Counted from the stretch's first letter, positions 18,163-30,455 are shown. The stretch is DNA of 64,000 bases from Sedimentisphaerales bacterium (GCA_963708075.1 OY970194.1:7008001-7072000); one strand, 5' to 3'. Translations and numbers: made by a program. The notes: generated from the sequence alone by a model not told the origin.

Positions 18163-18582
18163 ATGGCGATGATGCCGAAGAGAGTCAAATACCGCAAGGC
18201 GCAGCGGGGCCGCATGAAGGGCAACGCCCAGCGGACCAACTACGTTGCGTTCGGCGAATACGGATTGCAGGCGCTGGAGATGAGTTGGGTCTCCGCGAAG
18301 AATATCGAGGCTGGTCGAGTGGCGGCGACCCACTTCCTCCATCGCGAAGGAAAGGTCTATATCCGGATCTTCCCGCGCCAGCCGGTGTCTTCAAAACCCC
18401 TGGAAACCCGTATGGGCAAAGGCAAAGGCGAGCCCGAGTTCTGGATCGCCCGCGTCCGGCCGGGCCAGATCTGTTTCGAGGTCGGCGGCGTCAGCGAGGA
18501 AGTGGCCAAGCAGGCGCTGTCACGAGTGGCTCATAAGATGCCCATCCGATGCCGCTTTGTAAAGCGAAGACATTCGCTGTAG
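18163..18582 (+). CDS. rplP: 50S ribosomal protein L16
   Basis: [12 protein letters not shown]. Confidence 0.99.
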   Translation: MAMMPKRVKYRKAQRGRMKGNAQRTNYVAFGEYGLQALEMSWVSAKNIEAGRVAATHFLHREGKVYIRIFPRQPVSSKPLETRMGKGKGEPEFWIARVRPGQICFEVGGVSEEVAKQALSRVAHKMPIRCRFVKRRHSL

Positions 18583-18596
18583 GACAGGAGATAACG

Positions 18597-18782
18597 GTGA
18601 AGGCCAAGCAACTGCGAGAGATGAGTCAGGATGAGCTGGGCAGCACGCTGCAGGATCTGGAAAAGCGGCTGTTTGACCTGCGTTCGCAGGCAGTGACCCA
18701 GAAGCTCGAGAATTCGAAGTCGATCATCAACGTGCGACGTGATATCGCGCGGATCAAGACGATCTTACATGAGAAGAAGTAG
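18597..18782 (+). CDS. rpmC: 50S ribosomal protein L29
   Basis: GTG start after AGGAG; LFDLR, VRRDIARIKTIL. Confidence 0.95.
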   Translation: MKAKQLREMSQDELGSTLQDLEKRLFDLRSQAVTQKLENSKSIINVRRDIARIKTILHEKK

Positions 18783-18819
18783 ATAGCCCTGGACGCAGGA
18801 GCAGCGGAAAATTGCCCAT

Positions 18820-19080
18820 ATGGAAACAGGAAAGATGAAGACGTTGACCGGGATTGTCGCCAGTAACAGTGGCAGTAAGAGCATCCGGGTGACTATCGGC
18901 TACAAGGTTCGACATCCGAAGTACAACAAGTACATCCGGCGTGAGACGAGACTGGGCGTGCACGACGAGCGCAACGAAGGCAAGGTCGGCGATCTTGTCG
19001 AGATCACGGAGTGCAGGCCGATGAGCAAAACCAAGAGCTGGCGTCTTGTCCGAGTGATACAGAAGGCAGTGCAGGCTTGA
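18820..19080 (+). CDS. rpsQ: 30S ribosomal protein S17
   Basis: [19 protein letters not shown]. Confidence 0.98.
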   Translation: METGKMKTLTGIVASNSGSKSIRVTIGYKVRHPKYNKYIRRETRLGVHDERNEGKVGDLVEITECRPMSKTKSWRLVRVIQKAVQA

Positions 19081-19102
19081 GAGCCCGAGAGATTCGAAGA
19101 TT

Positions 19103-19489
19103 ATGATTCAGCCATTTACATTGTTGGATATCGCCGACAACTCCGGCGTCAAAGCGGCGATGTGTATTCGGGTCAAAAGAGGGACGTCGTCCAGGGGCAA
19201 CTTCACTCGCTCCATGGCCACGGTCGGAGACGTGATCTGGGTCGCCATCAAGAAGTCGCTGCCCACCTGCCAACTGGACGACAAGAAGGTGCACAAGTGC
19301 GTGGTGATTCGCACGAAGAAATCCATTCGGCGGCCCGACGGAAGCTATGTGCGGTTCGACAGCAACGCCGCGGTGATGATCGATGGCGAAGGCAACCCCA
19401 TCGGGACCCGCATCTTCGGCGCCGTGGCCCGCGAGCTTCGCGAGAAAAACTACATGAAGATCATCTCGCTGGCAGGCGAGGTTGTATAG
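19103..19489 (+). CDS. rplN: 50S ribosomal protein L14
   Basis: [26 protein letters not shown]. Confidence 0.98.
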   Translation: MIQPFTLLDIADNSGVKAAMCIRVKRGTSSRGNFTRSMATVGDVIWVAIKKSLPTCQLDDKKVHKCVVIRTKKSIRRPDGSYVRFDSNAAVMIDGEGNPIGTRIFGAVARELREKNYMKIISLAGEVV

Positions 19490-19518
19490 CATAGTACGCG
19501 GATTGAAGAGGCAGATAA

Positions 19519-19851
19519 ATGGCCTTACATGTGAAAAAAGGTGACACGGTGCAGATCATCGCCGGCGACCACAAGGGGCAAAGCGGCAAGGTGCTGCACG
19601 TCTACCCCGACAAGAACATGGTGGTCGTCCAGGGGCAGAATCTGGTGAAGAAACATGTCCGTCCCTCGCGGCGTAATCCGCAGGGGGGGCGCATCAGCAT
19701 CGAGCAGCCGATTCACATCAGCAAGGTGCTGCCGGTGAGCCCGAAGTCCTCCAAGGGCACCAGGGTGCGCTACTCCCAGGGACCGGATGGAAGCAAGAAG
19801 CGCGTGACGGTGGACGGCGCCGAGATCGGGACCGTCAAGAAGGCGAAATGA
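19519..19851 (+). CDS. rplX: 50S ribosomal protein L24
   Basis: KKGDTVQIIAGDHKG KOW motif. Confidence 0.98.
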   Translation: MALHVKKGDTVQIIAGDHKGQSGKVLHVYPDKNMVVVQGQNLVKKHVRPSRRNPQGGRISIEQPIHISKVLPVSPKSSKGTRVRYSQGPDGSKKRVTVDGAEIGTVKKAK

Positions 19852-19907
19852 CAGCACCGGCGGATCGCTGAATCCACAGGTGCAGAGGACCGAAACTGAG
19901 CAAGCAT

Positions 19908-20471
19908 ATGGCGCGTTTACGAGATCTGTATAAGTCGAGAGTCATGCCCGAGCTGGTGAAAGAGTTCGGGTACACGAGTCCGATGGCCGTGCCCAAGGTG
20001 GAGAAGGTCGTGATCTCCATGGGAATCGGCCGGGCTACCCAGGACAAGAAGTACATCGAGCTCGCCAAGAAGGACCTGGCGTTGATCAGCGGGCAGCAGC
20101 CCGTGGTCTGCAAGGCCAAGAAGAGCGTGTCGAACTTCAAGGTCCGGCAGGGGCAGGAGACCGGCCTGAAAGTCACGCTGCGGGGCGTCCGGATGTACGA
20201 GTTCATGGACAGGCTGATCAACCTGGCCATCCCCCGGGTCCGCGACTTTCGCGGCCTGAACCCGAACAGCTTCGACGGCCGGGGCAACTACTCCATGGGA
20301 TTGGCCGAACAGAGCGTGTTCCCCGAGATCAACCCGGCTAAGGTCGAATTCCAGCAGGGTATGAACATTACGTTCAGTACGACGGCGCGAACGGACGAGG
20401 AGGCCCGCAGATTGCTGGCCTTGTTCGGCATGCCGTTCCGATCGCAAACGGCGGGACAGGCCGCCGGGTAA
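19908..20471 (+). CDS. rplE: 50S ribosomal protein L5
   Basis: PRVRDFRG, FDGRGNY, FPEI. Confidence 0.99.
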   Translation: MARLRDLYKSRVMPELVKEFGYTSPMAVPKVEKVVISMGIGRATQDKKYIELAKKDLALISGQQPVVCKAKKSVSNFKVRQGQETGLKVTLRGVRMYEFMDRLINLAIPRVRDFRGLNPNSFDGRGNYSMGLAEQSVFPEINPAKVEFQQGMNITFSTTARTDEEARRLLALFGMPFRSQTAGQAAG

Positions 20472-20504
20472 ACCATTACAGGCAGCAGTTTCTGGAGCGT
20501 GTGA

Positions 20505-20690
20505 ATGTCGACCAAGGCATTAGAGAACAAGGTCAAGAAAAAGCAGAAGTTTCGTGTCCGGGAGTATACGCGATGTGAACTCTGCGGACGATCCCATGCG
20601 GTCTACCGCAAGTTCAAGGTTTGCAGGATCTGTTTCAGAACGTTAGCAAACGAGGGCAAGATACCGGGAGTCAAGAAAGCCAGTTGGTGA
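20505..20690 (+). CDS. rpsN: 30S ribosomal protein S14, short Zn-binding type
   Basis: 61 aa; RCELCGR...[15 protein letters not shown]. Confidence 0.98.
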   Translation: MSTKALENKVKKKQKFRVREYTRCELCGRSHAVYRKFKVCRICFRTLANEGKIPGVKKASW

Positions 20691-20725
20691 GCCGGTTAGA
20701 AACCCCAACGTGCAGGATGTGATTC

Positions 20726-21124
20726 ATGAGTTTGAGCGACCCAATAGCAGATATGCTTACCCGTATTCGTAACGCAGTGCGTTCGAATAAGCGGCAGGTG
20801 AACGTCAGAGCGTCGAAGATATGCGAAGGTATCGCGGCGGCTCTGCAGCGAGAGGGGTACATCGAGGGCTTCGACCGGATCGATGACGGCAAACAGGGCG
20901 TACTGCGCATCATGCTGAAGTACAACCCGGAAGGCCTGCCCGCCATCACCGAGATCAAGAGGATCAGCAAGCCCGGCTGCAGGACGTATTCCTCTATCGA
21001 CAGCCTGCCGAGGGTCATGGGCGGCATGGGCGTCGCGATCGTATCGACAAGCAAAGGTGTGATCAGTGATCGAAGCTGCCGCGAGAACAAAGTCGGCGGC
21101 GAAGTGCTTTGCACGGTAAGCTAA
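20726..21124 (+). CDS. rpsH: 30S ribosomal protein S8
   Basis: DPIADMLTRIRNA, STSKGV, GGEVLC. Confidence 0.99.
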   Translation: MSLSDPIADMLTRIRNAVRSNKRQVNVRASKICEGIAAALQREGYIEGFDRIDDGKQGVLRIMLKYNPEGLPAITEIKRISKPGCRTYSSIDSLPRVMGGMGVAIVSTSKGVISDRSCRENKVGGEVLCTVS

Positions 21125-21706
21125 ATGAGTCGAATTGGAAAAAAACCCGTTGAGATTCCGCAGGGCGTGAAAGTCGATCAGCAGGGCCAGACCGTGAAGG
21201 TCTCCGGGCCCCTGGGCTCGCTGGACTTCCAGTACGATCCGCGAGTCACGGTAACGGTGGATGCCTCGCAGCACAAAGTCGAGGTCGTCAACCCGCAACC
21301 GGAAGACCGCAAGAGCCGAGAGCTCCACGGCACCACGCGTGCCTTGATCGCCAACATGGTGGCTGGCGTCAGCAAGGGCTACGAGAAGAAGATGGAGATC
21401 TACGGCACCGGCTACAGCGCCAAAGAGCAGGGCGGCAAGCTCGTGTTGCAGGTCGGCTATGCCCACTCTGTGGAAGTACCGATCCCGCAGGGGATAAAAG
21501 TAATTATCGATGTGCCCGCGACGCGAGGCAATGATGTTCCGGCGAAGCTGACAATCCGCGGGGTTGACAAGGCTCTCCTGGGACAGTTTGCCTCGGACGT
21601 CAGAAGAGTAAGACCGCCTGAGCCGTACAAGGGGAAGGGCATCCGGTACGCGGATGAGCAGATCAAGCGCAAGGTCGGCAAGGCGTTCGCTTCAGGTGCA
21701 GCGTAA
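21125..21706 (+). CDS. rplF: 50S ribosomal protein L6
   Basis: [20 protein letters not shown]. Confidence 0.99.
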   Translation: MSRIGKKPVEIPQGVKVDQQGQTVKVSGPLGSLDFQYDPRVTVTVDASQHKVEVVNPQPEDRKSRELHGTTRALIANMVAGVSKGYEKKMEIYGTGYSAKEQGGKLVLQVGYAHSVEVPIPQGIKVIIDVPATRGNDVPAKLTIRGVDKALLGQFASDVRRVRPPEPYKGKGIRYADEQIKRKVGKAFASGAA

Positions 21707-21723
21707 TAGAGAAGTCGGATTCT

Positions 21724-22092
21724 ATGAAGACGGAAAAAACTAAGGCAGCAGCGTTACGACGCAGACATCACGTGCGAAAGAAGGTTTTTGGAACGCCGGA
21801 GAGACCGCGTCTGTCCGTGTATCGCTCCAACAAACACATCTATGCACAGTTGATCGACGATACGGCGGGGGTCACGCTGGTCGCCGCGAGCACAAAGGGC
21901 AAAGCCCTGCGGGACCAATTGCCTGCGGACGCCAAGAAGAGACAGATGGCGGAAGTGGTGGGCGAGGCGCTGGCCAAGCGAGCGCTGGATGTCGGCATCA
22001 AGTGCGTCTGCTTCGATCGAAACCGTTATAAATACCATGGTCGAGTGAAGTCTCTGGCTGATGCGGCTCGCAAAGCCGGGTTGGCGTTCTGA
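21724..22092 (+). CDS. rplR: 50S ribosomal protein L18
   Basis: [25 protein letters not shown]. Confidence 0.99.
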   Translation: MKTEKTKAAALRRRHHVRKKVFGTPERPRLSVYRSNKHIYAQLIDDTAGVTLVAASTKGKALRDQLPADAKKRQMAEVVGEALAKRALDVGIKCVCFDRNRYKYHGRVKSLADAARKAGLAF

Positions 22093-22121
22093 GACAGGAA
22101 GGCAGAGACTGGGAGACGAAA

Positions 22122-22625
22122 TTGGCGACAGAACCAATTAGAACACCCGAATACGAAGAAAAGCCGTTGGAAGATACGGTGGTGAAGATTTACCGTTGTT
22201 CCAAAGTGGTCAAGGGCGGCCGTCGATTCAGCTTTGCGGCTTTGGTGGTCGCCGGGGACCGGGCCGGCAATGTGGGCATCGGCTACGGCAAGGCCAACGA
22301 GGTGCCGCAGGCCGTTGAGAAAGGCGTCAAGGACGCCAAGAAATCCATGCACACCGTTCCGTTGGTGGGGCGGACTCTGCCGCACCCGGTGATCGGCAAG
22401 TACAGGGCCACGAAGATCATGATGGTGCCGGCCGCGCCGGGCACGGGCGTCATCGCCGGCTCCAGCGCCAGAGCGGTACTCGAATATGCGGGGGTCAGCG
22501 ACGTCCTGACAAAAGTCTACGGCAGCACCTCCGCCAAGAATGTCGTCAAGGCAACGCTTGACGGCCTGCTCAAGCTACGTAGCAAGCAGACGGTCGAATT
22601 GCTGCGGGGCGTGGCAGTTTCGTAA
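22122..22625 (+). CDS. rpsE: 30S ribosomal protein S5
   Basis: KVVKGGRRFSFAALVV, PGTGVIAG; TTG start after GGAG. Confidence 0.98.
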   Translation: MATEPIRTPEYEEKPLEDTVVKIYRCSKVVKGGRRFSFAALVVAGDRAGNVGIGYGKANEVPQAVEKGVKDAKKSMHTVPLVGRTLPHPVIGKYRATKIMMVPAAPGTGVIAGSSARAVLEYAGVSDVLTKVYGSTSAKNVVKATLDGLLKLRSKQTVELLRGVAVS

Positions 22626-22654
22626 CGACAAGCATGGCCAATTGGGTGAGTTAG

Positions 22655-23141
22655 ATGTTAAGTCATGAGATTACTTCTGTCGTAGGCAGACACAAAGCAC
22701 GCAAGCGTGTCGGAAGGGGTCGCGGCACGGGCCAGGGTGGGTCCTCCGGACGCGGAACCAAGGGCGCTCTCAGTAGAGCCGCGCCAAAAGGTTTCCACTC
22801 CGTGAAAGCGGGGCGACGCCCATGTTCCGGCATCTGCCCAAACGCGGGTTCAACAACAAGGAATTCGCCACGAGGTTCATGGTGGTGAATGTCTCGCAAC
22901 TGGAGCGGTTCGACGATGCGCGCAGGTGGGCGTGGAGCAACTGTCCACTGCCGGCCTGATTGCCGGCGTCGAGACCAAGGTGAAGATCCTCGGTGACGGC
23001 GAGCTGACGAAGCGGTTGCAAGTAGTCGCCCACAAGTTCAGCAAGTCCGCCGAGCAGAAGATCGTCGGCTGCGGCGGAACCGCCACGAAGATCGCCCAGA
23101 AGAAGAAACCGTCCAGGAGGAGGAAAGAGGTCAAGGCATAG
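22655..23141 (+). CDS. rplO: 50S ribosomal protein L15, with two apparent single-base deletions (~22781, ~22918)
   Basis: RKRVGRG..GRGTKG, then LPKRGFNN in a second frame, then [16 protein letters not shown] in a third; one G at each site restores one ORF. Confidence 0.93.
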
Positions 23142-23193
23142 CTATATCGGTTGTTGATCCGATGGAATTTCAGAATCTGCGGAGAACGCATAC

Positions 23194-24545
<1,352 letters not shown>

Positions 24546-24549
<4 letters not shown>

Positions 24550-25214
24550 GAATCGTCGTACTGGGTGCACCCGGCGCGGGCAAAGGAACACACTGCAAGC
24601 GGATCGCAGACCGATACCGTGTTGTCCACCTGTCGAGCGGGGATATCCTGCGACGTGAGCGGGCCGAAGGCACTGACCTCGGCAAGAAGGCACAAAGTTA
24701 CATGGATGCGGGCACGTTGGTGCCCGACGACCTGATCGTTCAGATGATGAGCAATGCCGTGGCCGGCTCAGCCGGCTACGTCCTGGACGGGTTTCCCAGG
24801 ACGGTCAACCAGGCCCAGGCGCTGGATGAGTCGCTGGCGGGCGGCAAGGGCGGCATCGATATCGTCATAAACCTGCAGGTCGATAATGGCGTAGTACTGG
24901 ACAGGATAACGGGGCGACGAAGCTGTCCTAAGTGCGGAGCCGTGTACCATATCCGGAACATGCGGCCCAAACGTGATGGGGTCTGTGACCTGGATGGTAC
25001 AAAGCTCGTACAGCGTCCGGATGATACGGAAGAGGTGGTCAAGAACCGCCTCGCGACGTATTATCAGCAGACCGAGCCCGTCGTGGAGTACTACAAGAGT
25101 AAGAGAACCGTCCACGATATTGATGCCAATGCGGACGCCGATAGCGCGGCCGCTGCAATATTCCGCAAGCTGGATCCGCTTGTCGGAGAGGCGGGGCGGC
25201 GTCGGCAGCAGTAA
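24546..25214 (+). CDS. adk: Adenylate kinase (Zn-type LID)
   Basis: GAPGAGKGT, LDGFPRT, CPKC...CDLD. Confidence 0.98.
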
Positions 25215-25244
25215 ATGCGCCCCGGGAAATGATAAAGTTGTGAA

Positions 25245-26024
25245 ATGGCTATAACGCTTCGCAGCCGCAGAGAAATTGAACTGATGCGTCGGGCGGGAGC
25301 TGTTGTGGCCAATGTTCTTTCAAAATTGCAGACGATCGCAGCACCCGGCATGACGACCGCGGACCTGGACGACGTGGCGCTGAAAATGACCACGGAGGCA
25401 GGTGCGGAGGCCCTCTTTCGGGGTGTTCGCAGCCCGCAGGCGAAGATTCCGTTCCCGGGGGCCATCTGTGCCTCCGTCAACGAGCAGGTTGTGCACGGGA
25501 TTCCGTCGCGAGAGACGGTGTTGCAGGCGGGCGATATCCTGAGCATTGATTTCGGGGTCCGTTTGGATGGCTACTGCGGGGACGCCGCTGTGACCGTTCC
25601 CATCGCGGAGGTTTCCGCGGATCGGCGGCGGCTCATGGAGGTCACCCGGGAGGTGCTGGATATCGCCATCGGGAGGATCAGGCCCGGCGTTCGGTGGAGC
25701 CGGATCGCCGCCGTCATGCAAAAGCATGCGGAGTCGGCGGGCTTCTCGGTCGTACGGGATTTCGTCGGCCACGGCATCGGCACGAAGATGCACGAGGACC
25801 CGAAGGTCCCGAACTTTGTCAGCGAGGAATTGCTGGCCGAGGACATCGTGCTGGCCGAAGGGATGATTCTGGCTGTCGAGCCGATGATCAATGCCGGCAG
25901 CAGTGCCGTTCGGATGCTGCCCAACGGATGGACGGTGGTGACCCGGGATGGCAAGAGTTCCGCTCACTTCGAGCATACGATCGCCGTCACCCGGGGTGGC
26001 TGTGATGTCCTGACGGCGAGGTGA
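25245..26024 (+). CDS. map: Methionine aminopeptidase type I
   Basis: SVNEQVVHGIP, GHGIG, EPMIN, SAHFEHTIA. Confidence 0.98.
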   Translation: MAITLRSRREIELMRRAGAVVANVLSKLQTIAAPGMTTADLDDVALKMTTEAGAEALFRGVRSPQAKIPFPGAICASVNEQVVHGIPSRETVLQAGDILSIDFGVRLDGYCGDAAVTVPIAEVSADRRRLMEVTREVLDIAIGRIRPGVRWSRIAAVMQKHAESAGFSVVRDFVGHGIGTKMHEDPKVPNFVSEELLAEDIVLAEGMILAVEPMINAGSSAVRMLPNGWTVVTRDGKSSAHFEHTIAVTRGGCDVLTAR

Positions 26025-26102
26025 AGTGGTTCGCGAGCAGGCTGCAGTGCGGCCGGGCGGTCATGAAAACCGCCGGCCGTCTGGTACTTTACGCATATAT
26101 GG

Positions 26103-26324
26103 ATGTTCATGGCGAAGAAGGATTCAATAAGGCTACAGGCGAGGGTCGTCGAAGCTCTGCCGAACGCGATGTTCCGGGTGGAGTTGGAGAACGGCCATAA
26201 AGTCTTAGCCCACGTGTCCGGGAAGATGAGGATGAATTTCATCCGCATCCTGCCGGGCGATCAGGTGACTGTGGAAATGTCGCCGTACGACCTGAATCGA
26301 GGTCGGATTGTACTTCGGCACTGA
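26103..26324 (+). CDS. infA: Translation initiation factor IF-1 (start may be 26109)
   Basis: [24 protein letters not shown]. Confidence 0.99.
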   Translation: MFMAKKDSIRLQARVVEALPNAMFRVELENGHKVLAHVSGKMRMNFIRILPGDQVTVEMSPYDLNRGRIVLRH

Positions 26325-26384
26325 GGCAGCAGTCGGCGGACCGTTGGTCCTGCCGACGAGCCTTGGTAGAACACGGAACTGCCT

Positions 26385-26498
26385 ATGAAAGTAAGAAGTT
26401 CGGTAAAACGTATCTGTGAAAACTGCAAGATCATTCGCCGCAAAGGCGTGGTCCGCGTGATCTGTTCGAACCCGCGGCACAAGCAGCGCCAGGGGTAG
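26385..26498 (+). CDS. rpmJ: 50S ribosomal protein L36 (below ORF-track cutoff)
   Basis: Hand translation [37 protein letters not shown]. Confidence 0.98.
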   Translation: MKVRSSVKRICENCKIIRRKGVVRVICSNPRHKQRQG

Positions 26499-26553
26499 CG
26501 AATGGGATGCGCTCGCAGCACAGGCAATGAATGATGGGTAAGAGGAAAGGAAT

Positions 26554-26937
26554 ATGCCGCGTATAGTTGGTGTTGATATTCCCGATAACAAGGCGATTTG
26601 GGTGTCCTTGATGTATGTGCCGGGAATCGGCAAGTGGACGGCGGAACAGATTCTCAAGGAAGCCCGGGTCGAATTGACGACCAAGGCGAACAAGCTCAGC
26701 GAAGACGAGTTGAGTCGGATCACGCAGATCATCGATCGCAACTACGTCGTCGGGGGCTCGCTCCGCAGGCAGATCGCCCAGAATATTGCCCGCCTCCGCG
26801 ACATCGCATGCTATCGAGGAATCCGGCACCGCAGGGGCCTGCCTGTCCGCGGGCAGCACACGCAGAGCAATGCCCGCACCCGCAAGGGGCCGCGAAAGAC
26901 CGTGGCCGGCAAGAAGGGTGTGAAGGAGCAGCGATAA
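26554..26937 (+). CDS. rpsM: 30S ribosomal protein S13
   Basis: [22 protein letters not shown]. Confidence 0.99.
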   Translation: MPRIVGVDIPDNKAIWVSLMYVPGIGKWTAEQILKEARVELTTKANKLSEDELSRITQIIDRNYVVGGSLRRQIAQNIARLRDIACYRGIRHRRGLPVRGQHTQSNARTRKGPRKTVAGKKGVKEQR

Positions 26938-26938
26938 T

Positions 26939-27319
26939 ATGGCCAAAAGTGGAAAACGCAAAATCAGGAAGAACGTCGTTCGCGCGATTGTGCACATCAA
27001 AGCGACGTTCAACAACACGCTGATCACGATCACCGACGTCGATGGCGACGTGATCTGCTCGAGTTCGGCAGGCAGCGTGGGCTTCAAGGGCTCGCGCAAG
27101 AGCACGCCGTTCGCCGCCCAGCAGGCGGCGCAGAATTGTGCCAACACCGCCATGCGAAATGGTGTCCGCGAGGTGGAAATCGAGGTCAAAGGCCCCGGCG
27201 CGGGCCGGGAGTCCGCGATTTCCGCGATGCAGCAGGCGGGACTGCGGATCACCTCCATTGAAGACGTGACGCCGCTTCCGCACAACGGCTGCAGGCCTCC
27301 AAAGCGTAGAAGAGTGTAA
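26939..27319 (+). CDS. rpsK: 30S ribosomal protein S11
   Basis: [27 protein letters not shown]. Confidence 0.99.
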   Translation: MAKSGKRKIRKNVVRAIVHIKATFNNTLITITDVDGDVICSSSAGSVGFKGSRKSTPFAAQQAAQNCANTAMRNGVREVEIEVKGPGAGRESAISAMQQAGLRITSIEDVTPLPHNGCRPPKRRRV

Positions 27320-27352
27320 CCGGGTCCCCAGGCCCTGAGGAGATCAGTTGAT

Positions 27353-27985
27353 ATGGGACGTTATGTCGGTCCATCGTGTAGACAATGCCGGCGCGAGGGA
27401 ATGAAGCTGTTCCTCAAAGGAACGAAGTGCGAAACGGCCAAGTGTCAGATCGAGCGGAGACAGCGGAGTCTGGCTCCCGGTATGCACGGCTGGCGAAAGG
27501 CGAGGTTGGGCGAATACGGCGTCCGCCTGCGCGAGAAGCAGAAGATCAAGCGCTATTACGGCGTCTATGAGCAGCAGTTCATGCGGTACTTCCATCTCGC
27601 CGAACGCATCAAGGGCAACACCGGCGAGAATCTCCTTCAGTTGCTCGAACGGCGTCTGGACAACGTGGTCTATAAGCTGAATCTCGCTGCGTCCCGCAAG
27701 GCGGCCCGGGTCTTCATCTCCCATGGGCACATTCGTGTCAACGGCCGAAAGGTCGATGTCAGCGACTACATCCTCAAAGTCGGCGACAAGATCACGCTGA
27801 AGAGTGCAGAAAAGAGCCTGAAACGGGTCAAGCAGCAGTTGGAGAGCAACCCGAATTTCACGACACAGGCCTGGCTGCAGTTGGATCGTGAGACGCCTGC
27901 GGCGACGATTGTCGCTCTGCCCACGCGGGAGGACGTACAACTCCCCGTGGAAGAGCAGTTGGTAGTGGAGTTCTGTTCGAGGTAG
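27353..27985 (+). CDS. rpsD: 30S ribosomal protein S4
   Basis: CRQCRREG, LREKQK, LERRLDNVVY. Confidence 0.99.
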   Translation: MGRYVGPSCRQCRREGMKLFLKGTKCETAKCQIERRQRSLAPGMHGWRKARLGEYGVRLREKQKIKRYYGVYEQQFMRYFHLAERIKGNTGENLLQLLERRLDNVVYKLNLAASRKAARVFISHGHIRVNGRKVDVSDYILKVGDKITLKSAEKSLKRVKQQLESNPNFTTQAWLQLDRETPAATIVALPTREDVQLPVEEQLVVEFCSR

Positions 27986-28089
27986 GCTCGACGAACCAAA
28001 ATGTGGAAGAGCGACATACAGAATGACGAGTCGGGGAGAGCTCTCCATTTTGTTGTGTGTAAGGATGAGAGTTTAGATCGGAGGCCGAT

Positions 28090-29091
28090 ATGCGAGTGAC
28101 GTGGCGTGGGTTAGAGTTGCCGACTCGTGTTGAGAGAGACAACAGTGTCTCTACAGATAAGTATGGCCGGTTTTTCATCGAGCCGTTTGAGCGCGGTTTC
28201 GGGACCACGGTCGGGAACAGCCTCAGGCGCGTATTGCTCTCCTCGCTGGAAGGCAGTGCGGTGACATCCATCAAGATCGCAGGCGTAGACCACGAGTTCA
28301 CCTCCATCCGTGGCGTCATGGAGGATGCGACGGATATCGTGTTGAACGTCAAGAGCCTGGTGGTTCGATTGCAGGGGGACGGGCCCAAGATCATGAAGGT
28401 GATCGCGGACAAGGCGGGCGTCATCACGGCGGCGGACATCGCTGCCGACCCGGCCATCGAGGTGATCAACAAGGATGCGGCACTGGTCACGTTGACCGAG
28501 GACGTCCACTTCGAGATGGAGATGGTCGTGGAAAACGGCCGGGGATACGTTCCTGTCTCGGAGCGGATCGCCGATGCCGATCGATTCGAGCAGGAAATCG
28601 GGCGAATCAACCTGGATGCCGTGTACTCGCCGGTCACACGCGTGCGCTACACGACCGAGAATACCCGCGTCGGGCAGCGGACCAACTACGACAGGCTGAT
28701 CCTGGAGATCTGGACCAACGGAACGATTTCACCCGAGATGGCGCTGGTCGAGGCGGCCAAGATCCTGCGAAAACACATCAATCCTTTCGTTCAGTACTTC
28801 GAGTTGGGCGAGGAAACCGTCTCCGGCGGTGTGCCCCAGGAAGAGCCTGAGAAGAAGGTGGACGAGGAACTCGAGGCCAAACTCAATACTCCGATCCAGG
28901 AGTTGGAGCTGTCGGTCAGAGCCAGCAACTGCCTGGAGTCGGTGAAGGTCGAGACGGTGCGCCAACTCGTGCAGATGACCGAGGCCGACCTGCTGAAGAT
29001 TCGCAGCTTCGGCAAGACGTCGCTTCGCGAGATCAAGCGAAAGCTGGCGGACATCGGGCTGTCGCTCGGGATGAAAGACGTCAGTCAATAA
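28090..29091 (+). CDS. rpoA: RNA polymerase alpha subunit
   Basis: EPFERGFGTTVGNSLRRVLLSS, LELSVRASNCL. Confidence 0.99.
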   Translation: MRVTWRGLELPTRVERDNSVSTDKYGRFFIEPFERGFGTTVGNSLRRVLLSSLEGSAVTSIKIAGVDHEFTSIRGVMEDATDIVLNVKSLVVRLQGDGPKIMKVIADKAGVITAADIAADPAIEVINKDAALVTLTEDVHFEMEMVVENGRGYVPVSERIADADRFEQEIGRINLDAVYSPVTRVRYTTENTRVGQRTNYDRLILEIWTNGTISPEMALVEAAKILRKHINPFVQYFELGEETVSGGVPQEEPEKKVDEELEAKLNTPIQELELSVRASNCLESVKVETVRQLVQMTEADLLKIRSFGKTSLREIKRKLADIGLSLGMKDVSQ

Positions 29092-29135
29092 CGTGAAAGT
29101 CTGGGGAATCTCGGACATAGTAGGGATTTCGGCAT

Positions 29136-29744
29136 ATGCGTCATAGATCTGCAGGGCGTGAATTAAGCAGAACGAGTGCACATCGCCTGGCATTGCGTCG
29201 GAACATGGCTCAGTCGCTCATCGAGCATGAGACCATTTCGACGACGGTCCAGAAAGCGAAGGAGATCAAGCCGTTCGTTGAGAAGCTGATCACCATGGCC
29301 AAGAAGGGGTCGCTTCAGTATCGACGGCGGGCCATCTCCATGCTGGGGGATCGCAGCATCGTCGCGTTTGAGGACGGCGAGCCTGTCGAAAAGGGGACCG
29401 TCATTGGCAAGCTCTTCAGCGAGCTCGGACCACGGTATCTCGACCGATCGGGCGGATACACGCGGATCATTCGTCTAGCGCTCAGACGCCTTGGGGATAA
29501 CGGACAGGTCGTTTTGCTCCAACTGCTGGGCAAAGATGAACCCTTGAAGAAAGAGAAACGGGCGCCCGGCAAGAGGCGCTCTCGCAAGAGAGCCGGCCAG
29601 ACTGCCGCCGCGGCTAAGCCGGCAGAGGCCGAAGCCGCCGAGGCACCGGCCGAAACCACGCCGCAGACGACGGAAGCCGCCCCGGAGCCTCAAGAAGGCG
29701 CGCCGACGGAGCCGCAAGCAGGCGAGCAGGAACAGCCCAAGTAA
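29136..29744 (+). CDS. rplQ: 50S ribosomal protein L17 with long basic then Ala/Glu/Pro-rich tail
   Basis: MRHR..LSRTSAHR, RSGGYTRIIR, RLGDN. Confidence 0.97.
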   Translation: MRHRSAGRELSRTSAHRLALRRNMAQSLIEHETISTTVQKAKEIKPFVEKLITMAKKGSLQYRRRAISMLGDRSIVAFEDGEPVEKGTVIGKLFSELGPRYLDRSGGYTRIIRLALRRLGDNGQVVLLQLLGKDEPLKKEKRAPGKRRSRKRAGQTAAAAKPAEAEAAEAPAETTPQTTEAAPEPQEGAPTEPQAGEQEQPK

Positions 29745-29786
29745 AATCTTGGGGACGACAAAAAAGCAATCGTACAGGATAACGGG

Positions 29787-30209
29787 ATGACGCGCATGGA
29801 TGGCTGCGTGTTCTGCAAGATGGTGGCAGGTGAGATTCCTGTCACGAAGGTCTACGAGGACGAGGCGGTCTTTGCCTTCCTCGACATAGGCCCCATCAGC
29901 GATGGTCACACGCTCGTTATTCACAAGCAGCACTGCACGCGACTTCATGAATGTGCTCCGGACGTGTTAGCCGATGTAGCCTGTCGTCTGGGCGAGATCG
30001 CGGAGGCGGTGATGACGGCGATGGAGGCCGATGGCTACAACGTGCTGAGCAATAACGGTCCGGCGGCGGGGCAGGTGGTCGATCACCTGCATTTCCACAT
30101 CATTCCGCGCAGGACCGGCGACGGAGTTTTGACGCAGTGGCCGTCGTATCGCTACAAGGCCGGCCAGATCGAAAAACTCGCCGCAAAAATACGGGAGAAT
30201 CTGAAATAG
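29787..30209 (+). CDS. HIT (histidine triad) family nucleotide hydrolase
   Basis: CVFCKMVAGEIP, AGQVVDHLHFHIIPR. Confidence 0.95.
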   Translation: MTRMDGCVFCKMVAGEIPVTKVYEDEAVFAFLDIGPISDGHTLVIHKQHCTRLHECAPDVLADVACRLGEIAEAVMTAMEADGYNVLSNNGPAAGQVVDHLHFHIIPRRTGDGVLTQWPSYRYKAGQIEKLAAKIRENLK

Positions 30210-30221
30210 TTGACATACCCC

Positions 30222-30250
30222 TTGCCAGGTGCGCCGCTCTTTGATATTGT
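30222..30250 (+). promoter_or_regulatory. Putative sigma70 promoter for the tRNA
   Basis: TTGCCA-N17-TATTGT; a TTGACA also lies at 30210. Confidence 0.5.
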
Positions 30251-30333
30251 AAGTGGATAATTTCGCTGGTGGTGTGCATAGTGATGCTGTAGGCCGAACC
30301 ATGCACAGCTTTCCGGCGTAAAAATATATTGAC

Positions 30334-30407
30334 CGCGGGGTAGAGCAGTCTGGTAGCTCGTCGGGCCCATAACCCGGAGGTCGGAGGTTCGAATCCTCCC
30401 CCCGCTA
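30334..30407 (+). tRNA. Initiator tRNA-fMet (CAT); CCA not encoded
   Basis: Cloverleaf CGCGGGG...CCCCGCTA; unpaired C1:U72; three G-C pairs closing the anticodon stem; GGTTCGAATCC T arm. Confidence 0.97.
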
Positions 30408-30418
30408 TTGAGCTAAAG

Positions 30419-30455
30419 AAGGCAGTCGCAACGACTTACGTGCGACTGCCTTTTT
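30419..30455 (+). terminator. Rho-independent terminator after the tRNA
   Basis: AAGGCAGTCGCA / TGCGACTGCCTT 12-bp stem followed by T run. Confidence 0.85.

Noticed and set aside
22655..23141. rplO as a pseudogene
   Set aside because: Two single missing Gs restore an otherwise conserved protein; same error pattern as rpoB and rpoC.
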